Position numbers and translations under genes: made by a program. Below are positions 12,612 through 38,878 of a stretch of DNA of 64,000 nucleotides, in pieces. Position 1 is the stretch's first letter. Every line of letters begins with the position of its first letter. The DNA is from Trichoplax adhaerens. Lineage: Eukaryota; Animalia; Placozoa. Below the pieces are notes generated by a model that made no database searches, was not told the DNA's origin, and was given only the letters and a program-made list of their open reading frames with translations. The stretch is taken from assembly GCF_000150275.1 (NCBI RefSeq), contig NW_002060951.1:2056297-2120296 (forward strand). Direction: 5' to 3'.

Positions 12612-12830
12612 GCTGTACAGTACAGTACTGACACAGGTACTGTACAGTGTACAGTGTATGTACTGTACTGTACATGTACAGTACAGTACAGTACGATAGC
12701 ACGTGTACAGTACTGTACACTCTACAGTGTACAGTACACTGTTCTGTACAGTACACAATAACGTTGCCAGGGCAGAAAAGTACTGTACTGTACAGTACTG
12801 TGCGATGTCTACAGTAGTGTACCGTAAATA
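12612..12830. repeat. (TACAG/CTGTA)n array upstream of the NLK leader
   Basis: Dense tacagtacagtactg/gtactgtactgtac tract. A smaller tract lies at ~12135-12220. Confidence 0.9.
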
Positions 12831-13520
12831 GTTTTTCAAGGTTTAGTATTAATTTCGCGTCTTATCGTAGGAATTGTGCACTATTGGCGGAGCTGATTAA
12901 CGTTCACCGTCATATAGGAGGAGGAGGCAACTGCCGAAAACTGGAAAGGGTCTAGCATTGATTTTCCGCTGACACAGATCTGTAAAAGTAGTTGTTTGGA
13001 TAATAGCTGTGGCCCTTTGCAGTTATTCCTATTAATTTGTAGTATCGACGTTAGCACTTACTACAGAAAACGCAATCATGACTATCCGCGAGCACACTAA
13101 GTAAGGAAGACAGGATAACCATCGATCGACGCTGTGGTGGTTACGGCTTATCTTTAACTTTGATAATTTCAAAGCCGGGCCATTGTGATTTTGTGGTTAC
13201 AAGATTGCCGTTTCCTCACTAGTCAAATCGATTCTTTGGGACTGTTTCTTACCTTTTCATCTATCAACGACGACAATTTTACTTCCTTACTGTCCTTCAA
13301 GGCTTTTTTGTACAGTTTTTTTCTATATTACTCGCGAATTCCTTCATATTTGGATATCGAAGTGAAGAGAGTGACGCTTGGTAGAGTGTAGACTCTTGGT
13401 TATACGTGCGTAAAGATATCCGCGTGTACTTCCGTTGCAACGCTAATTCTTCGATATTCATTCTGTGGTTTCTATCAACGAAATAGCGACTGAGTAGCGC
13501 ACCTTCACCATATTCAGATC

Positions 13521-19261
<5,741 letters not shown>

Positions 19262-20766
19262 AGTAACTCACTCATTCGATGGAATGTGGACTAAATTATT
19301 GGTATCTGCAAACAAATGAATTTTGTGTTTCAACTACTTCTTTTACGTCTTGCGTGTATGAATAAATGTATTAGGCGTTAATGTGGTTGCTGTATAATAA
19401 ACATCTTTGAATTAGTTTCAAAACCGGCCAGTTGTTAGTATTTGATTAAGCTTATGAGAAGAAGGCCCCGTCCCCTTAAAACTGCAGTCTATAATTCTTA
19501 ACTTGATATAGAAACAAATTTTCCAGTCTTTTATATTTCACTTAAATATTATTAACATCAGTGGAGATGAGAGAGTGCTTACAATTTGAAAATGATCGAG
19601 GGATTTATCTGTCTATTTATCAGCTACATATTATGTAGTGAATTTTGCAAATATGAAGTTATCTCAAGTTCAGTATCCTCCATCCGCTGTTAGAATTTTG
19701 TCATTAATTAGTGATCTATGTATGTACTGTTCGAAAAATGAAAAGTCTTTTCGTTACACGTGTAGTATTACGCTTAAAACTCTACAGTGAGCATGAATGT
19801 TCTGCTGAAACTATTAGTACCGTAAACGAATGTATTTATATTGCCCTTTCGTAGAGGCTTGAGATGAAAGTACTCGGAGTAACAAGAATAATGCATTGTA
19901 CCAATTTTGATTAGATATTCCTGAGTACCATACGTATTACACAGTGATCGCAGTGAGATCAACTTCAGTTTATTGCAATCTGGATAGTAACATATGCGTA
20001 GTCTCTGAAAGTTTACTTTATAATACACTGAAAGTATCTTTATCTGTTAAACCTGAGTGAAATTAATATCTTAGACAAAATTTTTCCGTTTCATCGACGC
20101 ATCCTAAGTTCCTTCAAAGTCTCACCGTTTTTAGGCAATAAGTATCTTCTAGCCTAAATTGAATAAAAGTGAATTTATGTCGTTCGGTGTTACTGTACAC
20201 GTTGAATCGGTTAGTAGTTATAAATATATCACAATAGTATTATACAAGAACTACCAGATAGATTGAGTATGTGAGTATAAGCATGCTCGAATTCGTAGTA
20301 AGAGAAGAATTAAAATCTTCGAATAAGTCCGACGATACCTAAAAATTAAGAACTGATTCTATTAGCCTAGTAGGTACCTTTGTCAAATTGTGGCCATAAC
20401 AACATTTTATATTTACGAACGTGGTAAAGAACACTGCTTTAAATTGCACTCTTGCACCATAGTAGACTAAGTGAAAAATTCCTGCTACGTAAGTATGCTT
20501 TAAATTTAAGTAAAATACAGAAATCTATGATCTTATAACGTATTCTCCATTCTATATGGGATGTAGCATTATGTATCAGTATCATGATGAGCTTGGACTG
20601 ATATACGCGTATACTCAAAAAAGTTATTCTTTTCTACGCCTCTATTTATTTCAGGATGTGCAATTACGTAGGAAGTACCATACAGTTGTAACAATAATGC
20701 ACTAGGTCAGTCAGATTTCTGTAACAGCGCTGGACAATAGTTTAATACTGTAAACTAGAAGAGTTG

Positions 20767-20780
20767 GCTACCATGGCAAC
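20767..20780. promoter_or_regulatory. RFX X-box upstream of STYXL1
   Basis: GCTACC-AT-GGCAAC, with a perfect GGCAAC half-site, ~220 bp before the ATG. Confidence 0.65.
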
Positions 20781-20996
20781 GTCCAAGTGTATTTATATGC
20801 TTTACTCTAGAAGAAAATACAGCACATATTTTTATGAGTAATGTAAATGCTAATACAGTAATTCGACGTAATTGTTTTTACTTCTTAAGTTTATCGTAGT
20901 GGATTTATCTAGTTAAAAATTTAGGCGATCTGCTATAATCAATACCTGGCAATTTTTTCAATCATATGAGATTGTAGCTTGCTTTTAGAAATAGTG

Positions 20997-23900
20997 ATGG
21001 ATATCGACGGGATTGAATTGTGTGATGCGATGTTTTTATATAATGTCTTAAATCAGGTACGTAAATGCTACATCAAAGCTTGGTCCACGGCTACATTAGC
21101 GAATATAATTAAGAATTATTTAGCACTTGCATCTTTATATTATTTGCTATGGGTTTTGATAGTACTAACAAAACTTAACACCTTGATGAGTTTTGCACTC
21201 TTATGATCTGTAAAATGTATGATAGTCTCCTAGAAGTAATAAATCTATATCCTAAACTTCTATAAAGTTAATTGTCATAACATGACTAATTTCTCAACTT
21301 TAGGCAACAGTTTATTCGTGTTTCAGCGATCCAAGTTATCTCTTATTACTAGGTTAGTATCATTATTATCATGTCTGAAAAAAGCCGTTCGCTTATAACA
21401 ATTGCATAGTCTACTTTCCATCATCTATAAATAAGTTAAAGCTATGAGATATACAAGCATGATCAGACTTAGCAATGAAATTAAGTTGGAAAGGTTCATA
21501 GCAGGCACTACGATATAAGTACGAAATTAACGATTGAACATGTACGTTCATAATGTTGTCGTAACTTCAATACGCTAATCATCGATGTTATGATCATGTG
21601 GATACTTTCTACGAAATAGTATAAGTGTGTATTGCTTAAAAACTTTAAGATGCATCACAACTATGAATCGTGTATAAAAATTTCCATTTTAATCCCATAG
21701 ATGTTCGATCGAGAAATAATTATGATATTGGCCATATTATTACCGCAAAATATGTTCATCGGGTAAGACTATGAGTATATTTGAATAAATTCCAGAAGTT
21801 CTTGAATGTTTTAAATAATCTTATTCAATCTTTTATTATATATCTATGCTGGTATTATAATTTTATATACGATTTCTATCATTACTTTTATTTGTTTATA
21901 TATTATAGCACATACTATCAGATCATAAGCATACAATATTTATCAGACCAACGATTCCATCTCCCGAATTTTTCGTTATCTATTCAACACATCTTTTAGA
22001 CTAGAATTATTATATTGAGTTGTTTTAAAAGATGATAAAATATTAATAACTGTATACAATATCTATAAGTGGTACAGTATCTTTGCCATGTCATCATAGC
22101 AGAGTCAATCACGCTAGTTCGTAACGCAAAAAAGTGCAGTAAAGAGAGAAAGAGTCATCACATTTTATTTTAATACACCGATACCATTAATGTTCACGTA
22201 GAAAAGTCAAGGTTTCCTCTATCTTATTATTATATCATAATTCTAATCACGATCTTTATCTACAGATGATATAAAATATAATGGGCACACACAGCTCAGT
22301 AACATTTTAGTTTTGGTATTAGACTTCTTTAAGCCCGTTGAAACCTACTATGAACATAATTCCTGAGTAGAAAGCTCATACTGTAACTTTTAAGTTTTCA
22401 TATCACTACTACCGCACAACCTATAGAAGAAACACATTAATAGTTTTTCGATAATCTGCCATTCGTCCAAATTAGACACTATATCACTTACTTAAATATC
22501 AGATCCCTAAAATTATATTTAAAATCCAACCGCCATGATGGATTAAAAAATTGATACGTAGATTTATTCTAATGGAGCTTCACACTACATCTATTTTTTA
22601 GCTCTAATTATTAAAAATCACTTAGTTTGCTACCTTAAAACACTATAGAATATGGTTACATGAAGTGAAAAAGCTGTATGTTGAAACAAAGTAACTAGAT
22701 TTTAATTATTATATACCGATAATAAGGCTGGTAGAAAATATTAAACACTGGATTGCTTTCCTTATTATGATTACATGAATGAATTTTGTTGATATCAATT
22801 GTACAACAAATCTTTCGATATAGGAAAAAAGAGATAGATTAAGATTTCGCCTTCAGAAAAATAAGTTCGAATTGAGAGTAGGAAAAGAGAAGAAAGAAAT
22901 ACTTTATAGTAGTTAATAATAAATATTCTTAAATTTAATGACTATGACTATGACAGTTCACTTTGATATTGATCGATTTCTTAAATACTGTAGACAATAC
23001 TTTAAGAATTTTGAGAGTTATTGTCTAAGTTGAATAGAGGAAAAAGCTAAAAATGAAATTCCTTCAATTACACACACATAGAAAGTTTAACTTCCTCGCC
23101 ACTGACAATCATTCGCGTTGAAACCATGAACTAGAAATCTGTTCTATATACCAATTTAAATGCCTTTTACACGTCTTTCCATGTTATAATTAACGTTTTA
23201 ACTAGCAACTTAAAGTAATGATTAATTTCTAATTAATTATCGCAGATAACATTATAATTGATTATAATCGAAAAAAGTCAGCTAGTAAAATTTCTCTGTT
23301 AATCTAACCTGTCAAGTTTGGATGTTATTTGCCTACTTTATAAATTTATGGCCATTCATTACTTATTCACTATTGTAGATTAGAGCGTTCTAAAATTATT
23401 ATACGCCCTTCATATTACAAAGTCATACAAAGATCACAATCTTTTTGATACTTTGCTCTAATCAAAGAAAGATGTTTCTTGATTTGAAGAACGAAATTAT
23501 CTTTCCATAGTATTTTAACATCGCTAGTAGTATTTATTTTCTTATATTTGTAGAAGGAACTCGCTTTGTTAAATTGATACAGACTCTAATAACCTAAACT
23601 ACAGGATGAGTGTAATACACTTTTTTAAAGTGTTGATTTGAGAGATTGTTTCCGTCAATGTTAAGATTGCATGTAGTAGTCGACATTTAGTATTGATATT
23701 GTTCATTACAATACTGATAGAGTTAATAGAAATGTTGCAGTAGCTTTATGAACTATAGCTAAAATTTTAATACATCTACAGTAGAATATCAACGTTGGAT
23801 TCGATATTAAATAACGGCATACACGTCTCTAACATACTTCATAAAAAGCCATTGGTTTACCCTTTTATCAGGGAAAATTTACCAAGTTAATTATCTCATT

Positions 23901-26900
23901 CACGTCTTTTAAACTAATGTAACGGCAATACCATTAATTTATCGATTTATCTCTAAATATTGTACTTAGACTTGCTTAGTATGGTCTGATTATCATACAT
24001 CAATCTTAAGCTTTAAAATTTACAATTCCACGTAGCCAAGTCATGAAGCTCTCAAAATATTGCATAATTTATACTAACATTCCATTAGATATTACGTGTT
24101 ATTTTAAGTTGTAACGTGTATGATTTATGCTGTTAATCACTTTATAGTACGCAAACATATACAACGACTATACTTCAATTCAGAGTATAGTAAAACTTAT
24201 ATTAGAGACGGTAAAACCTTCCTGAAAGATTATTTTATCGTTGTTCGTCCAGAAAGCATGGGTATTATCATGCACATACAATGTAATGAATTATAGTACA
24301 ATTGATTTTGGGAGATAAGGCACGACAGATAACTTTAGTATCCAAGATCTTTTACTTTATAATTACCTTAATATTAGATAGATTTCGATCGAATTGTTTA
24401 TCATGTTAAGCACAATTCAATATAGTAAAATCTCAATATATCAATCTAGTTCGATAGATCTAATTTCTTTTCCGATTTACTTTTTGCTTTCTTATACAGG
24501 ATGAAAACGATGAAACCCTAATACCGTATGACGCAGAATTAGAAACAAAACATTACTGCATTGTTTATGATAACAACAGTAAAGATCTGTCGATGACCAG
24601 TAAGCTTATATGTACTTTGTATGTGTGCTAATCATTTATAATACATTAATTTCTCTCCATTATTTAGGAGAAACTATGAGTTTATTTATTTAATATGCAT
24701 TACATTTCTACGTTTTTTTTAAATTTATTTTATTTCTCATCGTTCCATAATATATACAGTAATGGTGTTTAGTATTAATTGTAATATCTTTCAAATTACA
24801 ACATTCTGAATATTATTAAAAATAGCAAGTATATTTGAAACTCATACTTATTAAACATGGTAATCATAGTTACAATTTCGGATAGTGCGACTTTTATTTT
24901 AACTTAAAGTACCCCATTTATGATTTCGAATAGAATCTTAGGCTGCTAAACTATTAAATAATATCAATTATAGTTCAATCAGTGGTTATTTCTGGATACT
25001 AGAAAGGTGCTAGCTTAAGGTCTAAATTGATAAGCGCATCTTACACACATCATATCATACGCGTACATGCATTGACTGCTCTCAAATTTTCAGCTAATTT
25101 AGAGTGGATCGATAATATGCTATTTCGATTATACTTCGATAGAAGTCAAAATATGCCGTAATACTTTAATGGTGAAATGTACGATATATGTATATAGACG
25201 ACTGTAGCTTCTTTTCGTAGAATTATCATAATTATTGAGTTTCATACAATTGAATCAATATTTTTTTACAAATACTATCATTTATCGCCATGCATCACAG
25301 TCTTTAATACGTTTAGTAAATTGGATCATAATATCTCTATAAATAATTAATAAATATAATAGATCCTGCTGTTCGATGTGCTCAGAAGTTGTGGGATAAT
25401 GGGAGCAAATTTCCAGTGAAAGTTTTGAACGGTAAGTTCGTCGATATTGTCTTGCGAATTCTTGCATATTTTTGATTTCTTACGTAGAAATTTTATCTTT
25501 AATTAATTAAGATACTCATTGATAATGTAGTCCACTTTACTGAATAAATGTTTTTTAGGTGGTTATGAATTATTTTCTGCTATTTACCCATTTTTAAGAA
25601 CACAGAAGGTTATTTATATGCCTAGGGTAAGTGTGACTTTTAGATACAATGTTTTAACCTATTGTAATGATCAAACGAACGATTATTTTGAGTTAGGGTT
25701 AGTATTAGGGTTAATATCAGTTATGTCAATTTTTATGATATTAGGAGCTGGATGCCATGCCAATTTATCCCATAGAAATTATCCCACAGTTTCTCTACGT
25801 TGGTAAGCGAAAGCAAGCTATGACACGTCATATACAAGTGGAATTGAAAATCGAAGCGCATATTAATGCGTCGTCTGATAATGAAGATAGAGAGTAAGTG
25901 CATATGTGCTTTAAATGATCTTCATGTTGTACTCAATGTTTTTCCAGTCTGACAGAAATAGCTAGCGTACTATGTAGACCTTTATCGACTTCCCTATACA
26001 GTATAATTAATTACTCAAAGTGGTGAAATAGCAAAGATACGACTATAAAAGCGGCTTAACATCATATAATACTCTTAGAAACAATGACCTCTATCCCGGG
26101 GTACTTAATTATCAAATCGAGAACTGTTAGCAAGTGTTAAATTATAACTTAACTTATAACGCCTAGGTTTCATCAAGGTCGGCTATTACACTATGTTAAG
26201 TACAATGAATTTTAGTCATCATTCCTTTCTCTAGAAATAAATAGGGTGAAGTTAGGATTAGTACTTCAAGGTTGACCATAACAAATTCTCACGAGCGATT
26301 ACCTCAGTAAAGATGATTTATTAATAGAAACTGATATAATAAATAGTACAGTACATCAAGTAGGCTGTAATCCAATTTAGATGTAGTATTCGAAGGAAAA
26401 GGATTGCAAAGAGATAAAACAGAGATAAGGTAGGTTAATATGCCGTTTTAGTAGGCCTTGATCTATTTCTTACATGTAATTACTTGTATCAAACAAGAAG
26501 GATTAAAAGTGATGGTATCGTACCTAGACGGAACATTTTCCCAAGTACTGTAGATATTCATCTCTATTACCACTTGTACTCGTAAATACTTAATCAGGAA
26601 GAATTACAAAAAGATATTACCTAGATAGATTAGGTTATCATATTAAGTAGATCTGAATTCGATTGTACGCTTAATTAAATATCTGAAGAAGAGGGATTAC
26701 AAAAGATAGTACCTAGATAAATTAGCGTATCATATTAAATAGGCAATAATCCATTTTTGCATGCAAGAGTCTAAGCGAAAAGACCTATACGGAGAAGGTG
26801 CTAAGGTAATTTAATATACTTGTCAAGTTGATACCCGCTCACAGCCATATGCTAACATCCTGGCGAGAAGAATCACTGAGCCAATCATTTCGTAAACTAT

Positions 26901-28728
26901 TACTGTTAAAATTTTGATTTCTAGCTCATCATCGATTATCGGTAGATGAGAAACTTCAGTGTCTCTTTAGAAACAGAAACGAATATTCAAGTATTGGTTT
27001 ATTCAAGTACTTCTTGAGATGGTAAAAGAATGATAATTTATATGAATCTAATAGTAACAATGAAATGTAACATAGGTACGAAATTAATCTTGACAGCGTT
27101 AATGATAAAGGATTAGGTTATTATTTTCCGTGGGGTTATATTAGATAATTACGAGTTTTGTATGGTCTCAACCTGTTAGCATTCTTAGAGCATCAGATTA
27201 AAATTTTGAGAGGTCAACATTATCCTTCATAGTTTGAGGCTTGAGGCAAAAATATCTATATATCTTGACTCTTGGTCAAGGAGATGGTACCTATATGTTC
27301 GTAAAAGTGACATCATTAATATTTATAATTGTAGATATACAATTTCAATATTAATCTGATGATCTTATTTGTGCATTAAGTTTCTACGGATCCCATGCAC
27401 AACTTTTGGAGTAAATGAATGCTTTCCCAGTTATGAGCCTATCTAGCTTGATTAAAAAAATAGAAAATCTACCAGATGAAATCGTCAAGAATGATAAAAC
27501 ATAATTACTACGGTACAACTTATCATGTATATACCAATAAAGTTACTGCTTGTAATTATTTGCAGCTGGAGCCTTCGCATGGATGTCCTAAACTTGAGTG
27601 ATGTAACGGACAGCGTCGAAGGAGATATTCTTTCTCACTTAGAATCTGTTTGCAAATTTATTGGTAAGGATTCTGCTTTAATAAGTCCGGTAGGATAAAA
27701 ATAACAATTTCCTAACGTAATCGAACTTTAATAAATATGTCAAGCGAATGACTTTCTATTACATATAATATATATATATATTTTAAGGATTAGATCGCTT
27801 TATATTCTTATGCTCCCTCAAATATGTTTTACTTTCGTTTTATCTACTGCAGAATATGAGTATCGATCTCCTCAATTTAATTGGTTTACTAATAAGGCGA
27901 ATGATTACAAATCTATGTCATCATCGCTACTGCACATTACAATACTGTTACTGTAGGAACTTCTAAGATTAAATTCCTTAGAAGTCGCTGGTTGCTTTTA
28001 CTAGTGTAGCTTCGATCTCCAGCTTCTATACTGAAAGCATACACGCATTTGTGAAATTAAAATGATAAATGTCTGTGTGCATTATTCAGACGTTCTTAGT
28101 TAGTATATCACTCTTCACTCTTAGCTAAATGATTCGTAGATTAAGTTTGAAAACTAGGTATATTACAATAGACAATGGCAGTAGCTCTATTCAGAACGGT
28201 AACGATAACTTCCGTTAAAGGCGCTCTATGCATCCGATTGTTGATTACTGTAACAAAAGTATCGAACGTTTAATCTTATGAAAACTTATATCCGCATCAT
28301 TAATTTTAATTTTTCTGTCTATCTATGTAGAGAAACACGAACAACAAAATCACCGCATTTTAGTTTATTCGGAGAACGGAATAAGCCGATCTATTACTTT
28401 AGCTCTTGCCTATCTAATGTATCGCGATCATGTTACTTTAAAGGTAAATCATCTATCCCTGAATTCAATTATGATAATCGTTAATATTATTTGCATTCAG
28501 GCATTATAGCAAATTTATTCTTGATTTATTGATATGCACGTAAAATATTGTAGAAATATATGTAATTAATTCAGTCTAATGTTTATTCTTAATTAGGATG
28601 CCTACAATTACGTCAAACAATGTCACCATTACATTCGTCCTAATAGGCATTTTATATTCCAACTATCTAGTTGGGAAAATAACTTACATGGACAAAGTAT
28701 TACTGACATTAGTGATCCGTACTTTTGA
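20997..28728 (+). CDS. STYXL1: MK-STYX pseudophosphatase (rhodanese + inactive DSP domain), 10 coding exons
   Basis: Exons 20997-21056, 21304-21352, 21701-21762, 24500-24599, 25363-25431, 25559-25626, 25745-25893, 27566-27663, 28331-28443 and 28597-28728 splice in frame via GT-AG: [110 protein letters not shown]. Confidence 0.93.
26615..26745. repeat. Two-copy ~75-bp direct repeat in a STYXL1 intron
   Basis: attacaaaa(a)gata(t/g)tacctagata(g/a)attag..tatcatattaa(g/a)tag repeated; weaker similar copies at ~26400 and ~26500. Confidence 0.7.
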
Positions 28729-30153
28729 AAAGGGATTAATCAAATTCAGTTAATAATTATCGAGATTTTTGGATCAATCTCGTCAGTTCCTCTGATAAAT
28801 TTTGTTGATTCCGTCAGCTGCAATCGAGTCATTTTGTTTCAGGCTACTTAGCCGATGATTCATATGAAAAAATATGTATTGAATTATGTGTTATACTCTT
28901 AGTTGAATTTGATCTTACAAGAAGTTGCCTCGAAATTGAGAGCGAATTGATTTTTATTATCGTAAACTATATAATTTTATACACATTTTTAATATTATCT
29001 AGTACAATCAAGTATGTAATATTCCTCCTTGTCGATTGCTATTTACAGCATAAGGGGAATGATTATAACTATAACCAGGATTGTCCAACTTGGTTTACGT
29101 AATTTCTGTTAAAATATTTTAGTGATTTTATAATAATAAATTGGATTCAATTTTATTTCGCATTGATAAACTGTAACTGAAATACTATGAAACGATAGGG
29201 AAATTCTTTAGCTAAAAATCTATTTTGTATTGTGTTATCTAGTTTATCAACAAGATTTTATAGTAAATTTTAAGTCGGTGTAGATGTAAGACACACTTTT
29301 TTGTATCTTTAAACCGTGATTAAAAGTAGTAATGAAATGAATAGGAAAACAAACTAGGCTATTATCTGCTGCCAATCGCGTTGACTGTAAATATCGTCGA
29401 CTAATGTAGGAAATAGCAGATGAGAATATGGTTACAATCATATGTAATCCTAATTATTTTACACCATGTGTCAGTAAATTCATGAATCGAGCTATCTCAT
29501 AATTTGTTGACGCTTATGTATGGCTATATACCGCGATTGACTATATATCTTTATTTGGTTGAAAATCTCAATTTACGATTCACTTATTTTTATTAATAAC
29601 GCCAGCATAAAACTGCATATTACTTGTTAGGCTTTATTGTTTATCAATAATGTCGGCAATTGTGGTATTAACAGCATCTGTCTCTACCTACCAGTAACAA
29701 CAAAAATATCTAACACATTTGTTGTTCTTATAATATTAAATTCCGATCTTTTAATTTTTAAATATGTAAAACGTAACAAGAAATAGCTTAATTATAATAA
29801 AATACTTCAATTATCTTAGTTTGGCATCTTATAAGAAATATCTAACAGGCTAAAAGTGAATAAGAAGCTTTATACATTTTTCTCAAAATTTACTCAATCG
29901 CTAATTCCTTCAATAGGAGGAGATTTAAACATTGTTTTTCTGGTTTTACATTTCTATAGTTTTGTCGTACAATCATTTTTTCGTCTGCCTTGAGGATATA
30001 GAAATGAGCTTATAGTATTACATTTCCCAGAAAATCTATCACTATTTATGCTACCATATTTCTTACATGCACCATCCTGCAGTACTGCCTAATCGAAATT
30101 TCATCTACAATTGGATATCCCACATTTCATTAACAATTAACCATTAGAAATAA

Positions 30154-38203
<8,050 letters not shown>

Positions 38204-38443
38204 TCAAAGCGTAATAAGTTAACAGCTAAGAGCTTGTAATAATTATTACGACTTTGCTGAGTCTCCTCGATGAAGTACTCGTTTTACCTTCGTCTTGCAG
38301 CTACGAGTAAGTTCGGGCTCGAGCTCTGTTACTACTATTTATTTACGCGCTATCCAATATATTATTATTATTATTGTTCATAGTACTTACTAGTACTAGT
38401 ACATTATAATCTCCATCGTACGAGTCTGAGCATGTTGTGGCTG

Positions 38444-38725
38444 CATACAGTACAGTACAGTACTACAGTATACCGTACAGTGTACAGTACAGTTAACTAC
38501 AGTGTACGTACTGTGGAGCAGGAGTGCGAATCAAGCTTATCCCGCCAGAACTACAGTCTGTACTATACAGTGTACAGTACATACTGTACAGTACAGTATA
38601 CTGTACGGTACTGTACTGTACTGTACAGTACAGTACTGTACAATACAAATTCTACAGTGTACAGTACAATTTCGAGTTCACTGGACTGGATTGGACGGAC
38701 TTGACGGACTAGACTGGACTGGACC
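38444..38725. repeat. (TACAG/CTGTA)n array plus (GGACT)n tail in the CHD1L/DRG1 bidirectional promoter
   Basis: Dense tract at 38444-38670, followed by actggactggattggacggacttgacggactagactggactggacc at 38680-38725. Confidence 0.9.
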
Positions 38726-38878
38726 AGCATGGAATCTCGGGACTGACCAGCAACCTTGACGATTTTGCCGTATTGGTTCGAGAGGTCCATGCCTTGAAGA
38801 ACAATTGAGGAGACATTTCTTCAATCCTGGTCACTCACTTCCCAGGCGTATATTTTGTATCTTTGATTTGAACACATC

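Noticed and set aside
12763-12776. X-box-like GTTGCCAGGGCAGA in the NLK promoter array
   Set aside because: Only one good half-site; too weak to call.
27852-27897. Extra STYXL1 exon (EYEYRSPQFNWFTNK)
   Set aside because: No good donor, and the flanking exons already join in frame with the expected alignment.
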